Source: Planctomycetota bacterium (GTDB lineage: Bacteria; Planctomycetota; UBA11346). Taken from it: a DNA stretch of 64,000 bases. The notes beneath the pieces are model-generated. The model searched no databases and had not been told where the DNA came from. It saw nothing but the letters and a program-made list of their open reading frames with translations. The stretch is taken from positions 32,001-96,000 of the forward strand of contig JBBRLJ010000002.1 in the NCBI GenBank assembly GCA_038231435.1, written 5' to 3'. Positions 9,551 to 18,841 of this stretch are shown one piece after another (position 1 is the stretch's first letter; the number at the start of each line of letters is the position of its first letter). Made by a program: the position numbers and the translations under genes.

Positions 9551-9832
9551 TTAAGGCATTTCCCGATTCTTGGCGCGCCGATGGGTGATGCGGATCACCA
9601 GCGTGTTCGAGACGTGCTCCGCAACCGTCAGCAGCGGGTTGGGGTCCCAGGGTTCCACCACCGCCGTCGCCGCGCAGGTCTCCACGCGCTCGATCATCTC
9701 GAGGCCGCGGATGCGCTCGGATTCCCCGAGCTGGCGGATGTTGGTCAGGCGCCAGCCGCGTTCGTCGTACTCGAAGCGGATCCCGTCCGGGGCAACGAAT
9801 TCGACAAGATGGACGTGGCGGTACTTGCGCAT
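9551..9832 (-). CDS. Hypothetical protein (93 aa)
   Basis: Follows the receiver gene after 7 nt; coding-like codon usage. Confidence 0.7.
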   Translation of the reverse strand: MRKYRHVHLVEFVAPDGIRFEYDERGWRLTNIRQLGESERIRGLEMIERVETCAATAVVEPWDPNPLLTVAEHVSNTLVIRITHRRAKNREMP

Positions 9833-9839
9833 GGCAGGC

Positions 9840-10226
9840 TCAGTTCTTGGCGGAGACGGCCGCGGCGGCCTGGAGGATGACCGCGCGCAGCTTCTCCGGA
9901 GTGCATGGCTTGCACAGGTAGTGGTCAGTCAGTGGAGCCGCGGGCTTGAGGAAATGCCCCGCGTCGATCATGCCCGACAAGGCGATGCGGGCGATGCGCG
10001 GATAGCGGGCCTGGACGATGGCCAGGAAACGCACGCCATTCATCCCGCCCATGAGCATGTCCGAAACCACCACATCGATGTCCTCGCGATGCAGCACCTG
10101 CAGCGCCTGTTCGGCGCTGGTCGACAGGTGGACGGTCCACTCCGGCTCCTTGAGGCGCAGGATGCGGAAATGCGCGAGGATGGAGTTCGGCTCATCGTCG
10201 ACGAAGAGGATGCTGAGACCGGCCAT
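9840..10226 (-). CDS. Single-domain response regulator
   Basis: ILFVDDE, VVSDMLM, ALSG, LCKPC. Confidence 0.9.
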   Translation of the reverse strand: MAGLSILFVDDEPNSILAHFRILRLKEPEWTVHLSTSAEQALQVLHREDIDVVVSDMLMGGMNGVRFLAIVQARYPRIARIALSGMIDAGHFLKPAAPLTDHYLCKPCTPEKLRAVILQAAAAVSAKN

Positions 10227-10280
10227 GACCGGAACGTATCACCCGGGCACCCGCTAGGAACCGGCGTGCCCTCAGCGGAA

Positions 10281-10544
10281 TCACAAACGATGCCCGCCGC
10301 TTACCTCCAGCACAGCGACTTTACCTGGACGTTTGTCCGGTGTCGGCTGTCCGCACCACGTCCAGCGGCCGGCCGGATCGCACTTCCAATCCGGATCTGC
10401 GGTGGGCTTGTCGCTGCGCGTGATCGCCATCTGGCTTCCGGGTTCGCCGTCCGGATCTGGGATCACCATCACATACCAGGTCTCCGGCTTGCCCCCTTCG
10501 GGAGTGAAGATGATCCAATGGGTTGGTGACCATTTTGGCCGCAT
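10281..10544 (-). CDS. Stand-alone copy of an uncharacterised Trp-rich 'WxxTH' domain
   Basis: WSPTHWIIFTPEGGKPETWYVM...WKCDPAGRWTWCGQPTP; aligns with three other copies nearby. Confidence 0.8.
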   Translation of the reverse strand: MRPKWSPTHWIIFTPEGGKPETWYVMVIPDPDGEPGSQMAITRSDKPTADPDWKCDPAGRWTWCGQPTPDKRPGKVAVLEVSGGHRL

Positions 10545-10687
10545 GTCCCGACGATATCTCGGCTCCGCGGTTGCGCAGTTCCGAGCAGCGCTGATCGGCG
10601 CAGCCGTCCGTCACACGACTGGCCTTCACTCCGCCCTTCGTCACGCAGGAATCACGAATCCGGACCAGAACCAGGGCCGACCCGAGG

Positions 10688-11299
10688 CTAATGGGGCATC
10701 TCGTCGATGGCGACCTTGCCGCGCTCGCCCTCGGGCGTGCGCAATCCCCGGCAGGTCCACACCCCATCGGGCGTGCAATGCCATGCGGGCGTCACTCCAG
10801 CCGCCCATTCGGAATGGGTCAACGCCACGCGATGGCCGTAGGGCGCCGGACCGATCATCACCAGCCAGTTCTCAGGGCGACCCTTGTCAGGCGTGAAGGT
10901 GATGCGGTGGGTCGGAGTCCACGACGCCGTGATCTCCGGATTGCGCGCCATCGCGCCGCGCCAATCGTCTTCGGCGAGGCGAGGCGTGGAGCGCGGAGAC
11001 AGTTCCTGCAAGCGCGGAGACGAGCGAGGGGATGGCTCGCCGACAATGCGGGAGGCGCGCGGCGACGGATCCGGCAGGCGCGGCGACGAGCGCGGCGTAT
11101 GGCGTTCGGTCTGGGGCGGGAGGGCCGCCGGCCGTAGCGCGGACGCACCGAGGGCTTGGCCCGAGAGGGACTCGAGCAGGCGGCGCTGGCGCTCGAGCGC
11201 ATCACCGAGGCGCGCGATGCGCCGCGTCGATAGCAGGTGCAACAGCACCATGAGCGAGGCGAGGAACACCAGCGCCGCGATCGTGATCACCAGCTGCAT
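10688..11299 (-). CDS. Membrane-anchored protein: TM helix, SPR-repeat linker, WxxTH domain
   Basis: MQLVITIAALVFLASLMVLL TM segment, GGAG RBS, repeated [ST]PR, C-terminal WTPTHRITFTP domain. Confidence 0.8.
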   Translation of the reverse strand: MQLVITIAALVFLASLMVLLHLLSTRRIARLGDALERQRRLLESLSGQALGASALRPAALPPQTERHTPRSSPRLPDPSPRASRIVGEPSPRSSPRLQELSPRSTPRLAEDDWRGAMARNPEITASWTPTHRITFTPDKGRPENWLVMIGPAPYGHRVALTHSEWAAGVTPAWHCTPDGVWTCRGLRTPEGERGKVAIDEMPH

Positions 11300-11487
11300 G
11301 GCGGGCTCCGGTCCATCATCGCATCCATCAACATCACTATCAGCATATCCATTCGCCCATGATGGCACCCGCGTGGCCCGCGGCCAGGGCGGCGTGGGCG
11401 AAGCCTCCCGCGTGCTTTATGTCAGCGGCCGTCCAACGGCCGAACATTGGCCGAACATTGGCCGCCAGTTGCAGGACACTAGCCGTG

Positions 11488-12204
11488 CTATTCGCGCTTG
11501 CCCTCGTCGAGCATGCGCGCCACCTCCATCAGCAGCCCCTGCATCGATCCGCTCAGGGTCTTCTGGTCAGCGGCGGGAGCGCCGGCGTGGAAGGCGAAGC
11601 GCTTGGGCGGATTCGTGGCCATGGCGATCAGCGCCTCGAGCCCGAGACGGGCGCCGCTGAACGCGTGGACCGGAGTCCCACCCACGAACCACACCGCCGA
11701 CAGGTTCGATCCGCCGGTGAGATCGAGTCGGCCGGTCTTGAGCGTGACGTTGAAGTACTGCAGCAAGTCGAGCACGCCATCCGAGGTCACATCGCCAACG
11801 AAGTTGGCGCCCTTGCTGACGATGTCCTGGACGTTGAAGTCGGGGCCCATCGTCTCCTCGTCGGCGATCTGCGGAGCGTTCGCCAACGCCGCGGGATCTG
11901 CGCCGGGGGGGAACAGCTGGAAGCGGAATACCTGCCCGCCGACCTGGATCTTGGCGCCGTCGGCGACGCGCGTGGGCGCGGTGATCTTCTTGCCGTTGAC
12001 CAGCACCCCATTGCGACTCTCGAGATCGCGCATCTCCCAGTGGCCGGCCGGGGTCCACGCCAGTTCCGCGTGCCGGCGCGAGATCAGGGCGTCCTGGATC
12101 GGGATGTCGGCCTTCTCGTCGCGACCGAATACATACGAGCGGCCAGTGCGGAGCTTGTGCAGCCTGCGGGCCGCCGAGACGAGGTAGTAATCGGCGGTGG
12201 CCAT
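11488..12204 (-). CDS. FHA domain plus DUF4388 (PatA-N-like) protein
   Basis: FHA motifs FGR, SRRH, SRNG..VNG; C-terminal LDLLQY...KTGRLDL...LLMEVARMLDE typical of DUF4388. Confidence 0.88.
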   Translation of the reverse strand: MATADYYLVSAARRLHKLRTGRSYVFGRDEKADIPIQDALISRRHAELAWTPAGHWEMRDLESRNGVLVNGKKITAPTRVADGAKIQVGGQVFRFQLFPPGADPAALANAPQIADEETMGPDFNVQDIVSKGANFVGDVTSDGVLDLLQYFNVTLKTGRLDLTGGSNLSAVWFVGGTPVHAFSGARLGLEALIAMATNPPKRFAFHAGAPAADQKTLSGSMQGLLMEVARMLDEGKRE

Positions 12205-12295
12205 GGGCTCGTCGACACCGTAACCCCGCGTACGAGGCAGCGCAAGCCGGCACAGAGCTTGATCATGATGGTCTCGGCGTTTCCGAGGAGACGTC

Positions 12296-12850
12296 CTAGC
12301 GCTGGCGCGCGTCGCGGTCGTCGGCGGCCGCTTGCGTCGGATAGGCGCCGCTCACCTCTTCGACATGGACCGAGCCGGGGGTGTCCTTCGGCGTCGCCAT
12401 CCCCTTCCACGTCCAGTCCCCTTGGGGACTGCAGCTCCACTCAGGCGGGCACTGGGCGAACCATTCCTCGTGCGTCATCGCCGCCCAATGGCCAGGTCGG
12501 TAGGCGTCGGGCCTGGCCATCACCATCCACCAGCGCGGCTGGCCCTCGCTCGGATAGAACGTGATGCGATGGGTGGCGCTCCACTCCATCTTCTTGAAGC
12601 CGCCGCTGGTCTCCTTCACCGTCAGCAGTCCCTGGCGGTCGCCCGGCGTGTGCACGCCATCGCAGGTCCAGGTGCCGTCGATGGTGCAGGCCCATGAGCC
12701 AGGAGCGCTCTTGAGCCACTCGTCACGCGTATGCGCGCGGCGGATGCCCTCGTCGTCGGGCATGGCCGCCAACATGACCACCCAGGTTTCGGGCGGGCCG
12801 GCCTGGGGCGTGAAGGTCAGATAATGCGTGGCGCTCCAGGGTCTAGCCAT
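12296..12850 (-). CDS. Protein with two tandem WxxTH domains
   Basis: WSATHYLTFTP... and WSATHRITFYP... repeats; start could be 12868. Confidence 0.8.
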   Translation of the reverse strand: MARPWSATHYLTFTPQAGPPETWVVMLAAMPDDEGIRRAHTRDEWLKSAPGSWACTIDGTWTCDGVHTPGDRQGLLTVKETSGGFKKMEWSATHRITFYPSEGQPRWWMVMARPDAYRPGHWAAMTHEEWFAQCPPEWSCSPQGDWTWKGMATPKDTPGSVHVEEVSGAYPTQAAADDRDARQR

Positions 12851-12959
12851 GAGGAGCAGCATCGACATGGGAGCCCGCGTTCCAAGCCCGTCCCGGGATC
12901 CGCTCCCGACGTGCGCGATACGCCGCGCGCCGGGAGCGAGACCACTAGCTCCTCCCGAC

Positions 12960-13778
12960 TCACCGCACCCAGGTCCTGGTGGGAGAGCCGGTTCCGGGTC
13001 CGACCATGATACCGTCATCGCCGGCCGGATCGTAGATGTCGTCGGCGGTCGCTCCGCTGGCGTCCGGATTCAGGTACTGCCACGTCGCGATGGCCGAGCC
13101 GTCGAGATTGGCAGTCGCCCCCACCGGCGCGCCAGCCAGGCGCGGCAGCTTTCCGGTATGCCCATCGAAGAAGCACGCGACCGCGAGCTTCTTGTGCGCG
13201 AGATTCGCCACGCCGCGATCGGCCAGCACCACGCGCATCGAACTGGCATTCGACGGCACCGACCAGTCGTAGGCGTAGGCCGGAGAGTGGCTGAGGTTGC
13301 CGCCAGGTCCGGTGACGGCGTTGGTCCAGGCCGAGATCGCCGGTCCGGCGACGTCGAGCGTGGGCTCGGGCGCGAGCGTGGGCCGGTAGTGGGGTTCGGA
13401 TGGGCAGCTGAAGAGCTGGCGAGGCAGCTCGCCCATCTGGGTCGCAAGGAATTCGAAGCTGCCAATGGTGGTCGCGAACGCGAGCGGCGTCGGATTGGCG
13501 GCATCCTGCGAACCGTCAGCCTTGGTCGCGCGCACCGGCCAGATGCCTTCGTTCTGATTGGCGTAGACCATCATCGCCATCGCGATCTGGCGCTGGTTGC
13601 TCGCGCACTTCGTCTGATTCGCCAGCTCCCTCACCAGGTTGATGGCGGGGATGAGCATACCGGCGAGGATCGAGATGATCGAGATCACCACCAGCAACTC
13701 GATGAGGGTGAAACCCGAGCGGGCCCTGCCCTGGGGCCGAGGCCTGGTGGATGGGTGACGGATGGTTGGATGGTTCAT
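12960..13778 (-). CDS. Prepilin-type N-methylation / DUF1559-like (H-X9-DG-CTERM) protein
   Basis: GFTLIELLVVISII, CASNQRQI, H...FFDGH. Confidence 0.88.
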   Translation of the reverse strand: MNHPTIRHPSTRPRPQGRARSGFTLIELLVVISIISILAGMLIPAINLVRELANQTKCASNQRQIAMAMMVYANQNEGIWPVRATKADGSQDAANPTPLAFATTIGSFEFLATQMGELPRQLFSCPSEPHYRPTLAPEPTLDVAGPAISAWTNAVTGPGGNLSHSPAYAYDWSVPSNASSMRVVLADRGVANLAHKKLAVACFFDGHTGKLPRLAGAPVGATANLDGSAIATWQYLNPDASGATADDIYDPAGDDGIMVGPGTGSPTRTWVR

Positions 13779-13949
13779 GGCAGCCTCCGGGATGAATGGA
13801 CGGATGCCCGCCTAACGGCGGGACGGATGCCATGGTTATCCGGTGAAAATCCTTGGATTCGACCGTGCGCTCGTTGCGCGCTTCGCCAATGTTGCGCGCG
13901 CCGGCACGAACGTGCGCGTGATTGCGTCAACGCCGGCGGGCGAGCGGCT

Positions 13950-14891
13950 TCAGGCGCGAATCGCGAACATCCCCGCCACCCCGCCCACCGCGATCGCGGC
14001 GCCGAGCAGCGACAGTAATGAGGGGCGATCACCCTCGCTCACCCACGCCAGTGGGATCACCACCACCGGCACCAGCGCGACCAGCGCCTGCATGAGCGCG
14101 CTGGGCGTATCGATCAGGGCGATCTGATAGCACATCACCCCTGCTACCGGCCCGCCCAGCGCGGCGACCACCAGCCACGGTCCGCCGCGTCGCCAGCTAC
14201 GCGTGCCGAGCCGCTGCTCGAAGCGGCGGATCCAGTACCCAGCGGAATCGTCCTGGGCGGGAAGCACCGGCCACAGCGCCAGCGCCGCGGCGGCTCCGCC
14301 GCAACAGCGCAGGAAGGTCAGATCGAGCGCCGCCGCCTGGATCGAGTCCACGTGCCAGGCAAGATGCCCGCGGCGGATCATCACTGCGGACACGGCGACG
14401 CCGACCGCCGACAGGACGGCGAAAGCGATGCCCGACCTGAACCGTGCGGGCTGGCTGTCGCCGGTCGACCGACGCGACCCCCCTCCGGCGAGCGAGATGG
14501 CCACGCCGACGAGCATCACGCCCGCGCACGCGGCGTCGCGCGGCGCTATCCCGGTTCCCAACCACGCCCATTCGATCGCACCAGCGAGCGGCGCGGCCAG
14601 GCAGTACGACAGCATCGCCGGCAGTCGCGCGCCCAGGCGATCGTAGGCGGCGAACAGCGCGGTATCGCCAACCGCGAGACCCATGACGCCACTGGCGATG
14701 AACCACCATGCCCCAGGCTGCCAACGTGGCACCCCGCTCGCGTGCGCGACCACGACCGCCGAGCCGAGCATCAGCAGAGCCATGGCCAGGCGCGCGCGGT
14801 TGGCCACTGCCCCTCCGACGTGCGCCGCGGCGCGTGCCGATGCGATGCTCGAGAGAGACCAGCATGCGACGACGATCAAGGCCAGCAGCAT
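13950..14891 (-). CDS. DMT/EamA family transporter
   Basis: About 10 hydrophobic segments; SGVMGLAVGD motif. Confidence 0.85.
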   Translation of the reverse strand: MLLALIVVACWSLSSIASARAAAHVGGAVANRARLAMALLMLGSAVVVAHASGVPRWQPGAWWFIASGVMGLAVGDTALFAAYDRLGARLPAMLSYCLAAPLAGAIEWAWLGTGIAPRDAACAGVMLVGVAISLAGGGSRRSTGDSQPARFRSGIAFAVLSAVGVAVSAVMIRRGHLAWHVDSIQAAALDLTFLRCCGGAAAALALWPVLPAQDDSAGYWIRRFEQRLGTRSWRRGGPWLVVAALGGPVAGVMCYQIALIDTPSALMQALVALVPVVVIPLAWVSEGDRPSLLSLLGAAIAVGGVAGMFAIRA

Positions 14892-15119
14892 CGAAAGCCA
14901 TGCTAGCAGGCAGTCGAAAATCTCCCCACGAGCCCCCGCCGCCGGCCCCTGAATCCCGTCATGCGGTTCGGCGGGTGTCAGCTACGCCGTCCGTAGGCGG
15001 TGGTTGCGCCATTCCGCGCTTTCCGGCCCAGGCTAGGCTGAACGACCCCGAGATGGGGCCGTTCACCCCTCGATCGGAGCCCCCTTATGCGCTCGTTGCG
15101 TCGTCATCGTGAGGTCATC

Positions 15120-16721
15120 GTGAGGAAGCCAGCGGCATCGATGTTCCTGCCCGTGATCGCGGCGATGAGCGCCGTCCTATGGTTCGCTGGTGCCCCGATG
15201 GCCCATGGTGAGGAACGGCTCGAGGACCGTGTCTCGGCCACCGACATGACCGACGCGCCCGCCATCTTCGCACTCGCCACCTGGTGCAAGGAACATCGCC
15301 TCCCGACCAAGGCCCAGCAGTACTACAACCAGACCATCAAGGTCGACAAGGATCACGAGGGCGCTCGCGCCGCGCTCGGTTTCGTGCGCGTCGGCGATCG
15401 CTGGGTCAACAAGGCCTATGCTCCCGCCGGGTCCGGCAAACCGGCCGCCGCGGCCGACGCGCCCCGCAGGCCGACCACGCCCGGGCCGACCGCCGCCCAG
15501 GTCCAGTGGGACCTCACGGTTCCTGCCGACCCGGCTCCGACCAATGCGTTCATCACCAAGTACATCGATCGCCTGCCCACGGTCGGCAATGATTCCAACG
15601 AGATGGACGTGTCGGTGGCGACATGCGTCGATCCAAAGAACTGGCCGTCCGCGCTGTCGCGCCTGTGCGCGACGTTGAAGAAGCCGGAATTCAACGATCT
15701 CTACGGCGCCGCCTCGATGGTCTCCGAACTCGCGCGCAAGGGCCGGACGGCCGAGGCCAAGCCGTTGATCGGCTTCATGGTGAAAGCAAGTGAACGCGTC
15801 GCCGACCCAGAGGATCTCGAGACCTTCTGCTACGCCATCGCGGTGTTCAAGGATCGCCGCGCGGTGCCGCGCCTGATCGAGCTGATGGAGAAGGGCCAGG
15901 GATCGCTCGCGAACGCCGCCGCGGCGGCGGTGGCGGCGATCGCCATGCTGCCGCCCGCGAGCATGACCGTCGACAAGGCCCACGAATGGTGGGACATCAA
16001 CTGCAACGTCTCGGAACGCGAAACCTCGCGCGGCCAGCTGCGCAGCGCAGATCCCGCGGTGGCGGTTGAGGCCGCGAAGGCCCTGTATCCCTACCGCGAT
16101 CCCGAAATCATGCCGGTGCTGATCGGCGCGCTCAAGGGCGAGGACAAGCGCGCCGCTTCGATCGCGATCAGCGTGATCGCGAAGGTCACCGGCAACGACT
16201 GGAGCTTCGACGCGAACGCTCCCATCGAACAGCGCACCAAGATCGCCGATCGTTTGGCCGAGTGGTGGAAGCAGGAGAAGGATCGCTTCATCTGGGTCGA
16301 GGACCGCTCGGCGGCGCCTGCGGGATCCGCCGGCATCTCGGCTGATCCGTGCGCCGAATGGGTGGCGCAGCTCGACAGCATGGAAGGCAACAAGGGACAG
16401 CAGGCCGAGGCCAGCCTGCGCGAGCGCGGCGACGAGGCCCTACCCGCACTCATCGATGGCCTGTCCAGCACCAGCAGCATCGTGCGCCGCAAGTGCAATG
16501 ACCAGCTGCGCACCCTGACCCGGCAGGATTTCTCGTTCGATCCGCGCGCAGCAGACGAGGAGCGCGCCAAGGCGATCGCCGCGTGGAAGGCATGGCTACT
16601 GCAGACACACCCGCCGGCCAAGCCCGCGGTCGATGCGCCCGCGACGACGAAGCCTGTCGACAAGCAAAGCGACAAACCAGGCGACAAGCAGAGCGTCAAG
16701 CCGAACCACGACGTGCCCTGA
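15120..16721 (+). CDS. Secreted HEAT-repeat protein
   Basis: Signal peptide; HEAT-like repeats (AVPRLIELM, IMPVLIGAL, ALPALIDGL). Confidence 0.8.
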   Translation: MRKPAASMFLPVIAAMSAVLWFAGAPMAHGEERLEDRVSATDMTDAPAIFALATWCKEHRLPTKAQQYYNQTIKVDKDHEGARAALGFVRVGDRWVNKAYAPAGSGKPAAAADAPRRPTTPGPTAAQVQWDLTVPADPAPTNAFITKYIDRLPTVGNDSNEMDVSVATCVDPKNWPSALSRLCATLKKPEFNDLYGAASMVSELARKGRTAEAKPLIGFMVKASERVADPEDLETFCYAIAVFKDRRAVPRLIELMEKGQGSLANAAAAAVAAIAMLPPASMTVDKAHEWWDINCNVSERETSRGQLRSADPAVAVEAAKALYPYRDPEIMPVLIGALKGEDKRAASIAISVIAKVTGNDWSFDANAPIEQRTKIADRLAEWWKQEKDRFIWVEDRSAAPAGSAGISADPCAEWVAQLDSMEGNKGQQAEASLRERGDEALPALIDGLSSTSSIVRRKCNDQLRTLTRQDFSFDPRAADEERAKAIAAWKAWLLQTHPPAKPAVDAPATTKPVDKQSDKPGDKQSVKPNHDVP

Positions 16722-16747
16722 TCGATCCAGACGCAGCATCCGCCAGC

Positions 16748-17563
16748 ATGCCCAACCCCCCTCCTGGTGGTCCGACCGATCGGCCGCGCACGCCGCCACG
16801 GGCGACGGCGATGGCGCGCGCCTGCGTGGTTCTGGTGCGCACCCAGGGGGCGATCAATCTCGGCATGGTGGCGCGCCTGTGCGGCAATCTCGGCGCGGAC
16901 GAGCTGCGCCTGGTGGCGCCGCGATGCCGGCCCGATGCCGACGAGAGCCTGGCGTTCGCGACCCACGCCCGCGAGCTGTTGCTGGGCGCGCGCATCTTTC
17001 CCGACATCTCATCGGCCACGGCGGACTGTGGCATGGTGGTCGGCACCAGCGGCGAGTTCCGCACCGGTGAGCTCGGGCCGCCCCTGCTTCCCGGCAAGGT
17101 GCCGGCGTTGCTGGCGGCGCGCGGCGTCAGGCGTTGGGCGCTGGTGTTCGGGAACGAAGCCGATGGCTTGGACACCGATGAATTGCGCTCCTGCCAGGCG
17201 TGGATCCATCTCGACACCTTCGGGCCGGTGACCAGCTACAACTTGGCGCACGCCGTGGCGATTGCCGGCTACGCCATCGCCACCGCAGATCAGCCCGAGA
17301 GCGTTCCAGAGGCGCGCGTCGCCGATCGCGGCGATGTCGAGCGCCTGTCCGAGCACTGGCTGTCAGCGCTGATAGCCGCCGAGCATCCGCCGGCGCTCGA
17401 TGCCGGATTCCCACCCAGGCTGCGCGCCCTGATCGATCGGTTGTCGTTGGACGACAAGGACGTCCGTGCCCTCCGCGGCATGCTGACCAACATCCAGCGG
17501 GCATTGGGGAAGGATGGAGGCGTGTCGCCCCCGCCTACGTCGACGTCGACATCACCTGATTAG
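16748..17563 (+). CDS. SPOUT tRNA/rRNA methyltransferase, TrmH/TrmJ family
   Basis: VVLVRTQGAINLG, VFGNEADGL, SYNLAHAVAI; start may be 16811. Confidence 0.88.
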   Translation: MPNPPPGGPTDRPRTPPRATAMARACVVLVRTQGAINLGMVARLCGNLGADELRLVAPRCRPDADESLAFATHARELLLGARIFPDISSATADCGMVVGTSGEFRTGELGPPLLPGKVPALLAARGVRRWALVFGNEADGLDTDELRSCQAWIHLDTFGPVTSYNLAHAVAIAGYAIATADQPESVPEARVADRGDVERLSEHWLSALIAAEHPPALDAGFPPRLRALIDRLSLDDKDVRALRGMLTNIQRALGKDGGVSPPPTSTSTSPD

Positions 17564-17624
17564 GCAAATTGCCTGGTGATAAGTGGCTCCGCGCCGCACC
17601 CCCGCAGACGTCCGCGTGCGGAAG

Positions 17625-18191
17625 TCAGCGGTCGTTGGGTGCATCCTCGAAGAACATCGGCGCCGGGCGATCGCCCGCGATGGTCACGGTCAGCTGCCTC
17701 AGGAGCCCGCCGAGCCGGCGCCGATCAGTGGGTTCCATGCTCGCGATTGCCGTCATCAGGTGCTCCTGCGCGGCCTCCGGTGCCCTGCGCGACAGCAGCA
17801 TGCCGCGGCGCGTGAGGGTGACGTCGATCTGGCGGCCATCGATGGCCGAGCGCTGCCGCGCCACCAGGCCGAGCACGGCGAGCCTGGAAACCACCGCGGA
17901 CACCGAGCTTTGATGAGTCAGGGTCGCCTCGGCCAGCTGGTTCACCGAGGCTACCCGGAGCGCGGCGAGCTTATGGAGCACGAACAGTTGCGCACCGCTC
18001 ACGCCGACCTCGCTCTCGGCCGCGCGCGACGATTCGCGTAGCTCGCGCACGATGCAGCGGATGGCATCGAGGATCACCCGGCCGTCGGCCAGCGCATCGA
18101 CCTCCACGGTCCGCCCGCCCCTGGGCACTCGGTGGTCGCGGTGGCGGCGGCTTCGGCGTGGCGGCTTGGTCCGGATCATGCGAGCGGTCAT
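17625..18191 (-). CDS. MarR family transcriptional regulator
   Basis: VSGAQLFVL, QSSVSAVVSRL, DGR..LT..G. Confidence 0.88.
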   Translation of the reverse strand: MTARMIRTKPPRRSRRHRDHRVPRGGRTVEVDALADGRVILDAIRCIVRELRESSRAAESEVGVSGAQLFVLHKLAALRVASVNQLAEATLTHQSSVSAVVSRLAVLGLVARQRSAIDGRQIDVTLTRRGMLLSRRAPEAAQEHLMTAIASMEPTDRRRLGGLLRQLTVTIAGDRPAPMFFEDAPNDR

Positions 18192-18292
18192 GTGAGCGGC
18201 AGCCTAACAATCCATCCCCTGCAGGATAGCAGCGGGCACAGCAGCTCCCTCGACGACCCGTCTACCAAACGCTCACCTCATGTGTAGTGCGT

Positions 18293-18817
18293 TCATGGAG
18301 AAGGAGTCGAGAGCTCCAGGTGCTGATGCTCCTCGGCGTCACCGGCACGCTTGCCGGTGGCGATGGCCTTGACGAAGCCGGCGAGGCGGGTGGCAGTGCC
18401 TCCCGTAGATTTCCACCAATCGGCCTGCTCCACGCGGACGCGCAGCAGCAGCAGATCGGGATCGTCGAGACCGCGCGGGAACCATGCTTCGTAGAGCCGA
18501 TCCCAGAGTTGGCGCATCCTGCGCCCGTCAACCAGGGCCTCTGCCTGACCCGACACCGACACCCAGACGTGCTGCGAGGCGTAGGTGATGTTCACCCATG
18601 GACGCGCGCGGATCTCATCGACCTTGTGCGCATCCTTGGCGGTGAAGAACCAGAGCGTGCCGTCGAACGGGATGCGCTGGGTGGCCATCGGTCGGGCACG
18701 CAGCGTGCCATCGGCATCGACGGTGGAGAGCATGGCGACGCGTACATCCTGGATGAGGAAGGCCAGGCGTTCGATCGGAGTCCTCTCGGCGGACGTGGAA
18801 TTGACGAGACGAACCAT
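18293..18817 (-). CDS. Pyridoxamine 5'-phosphate oxidase-like general stress protein
   Basis: AMLST...RARPM, LWFFT, AWFPRGLDDP. Confidence 0.9.
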   Translation of the reverse strand: MVRLVNSTSAERTPIERLAFLIQDVRVAMLSTVDADGTLRARPMATQRIPFDGTLWFFTAKDAHKVDEIRARPWVNITYASQHVWVSVSGQAEALVDGRRMRQLWDRLYEAWFPRGLDDPDLLLLRVRVEQADWWKSTGGTATRLAGFVKAIATGKRAGDAEEHQHLELSTPSP

Positions 18818-18841
18818 GGTATGTTTCCCTAGTGGATCTGC

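Noticed and set aside
3322..13778. Prophage or genomic island
   Set aside because: Rich in orphans, but there is no integrase, phage gene, att site or clear compositional shift
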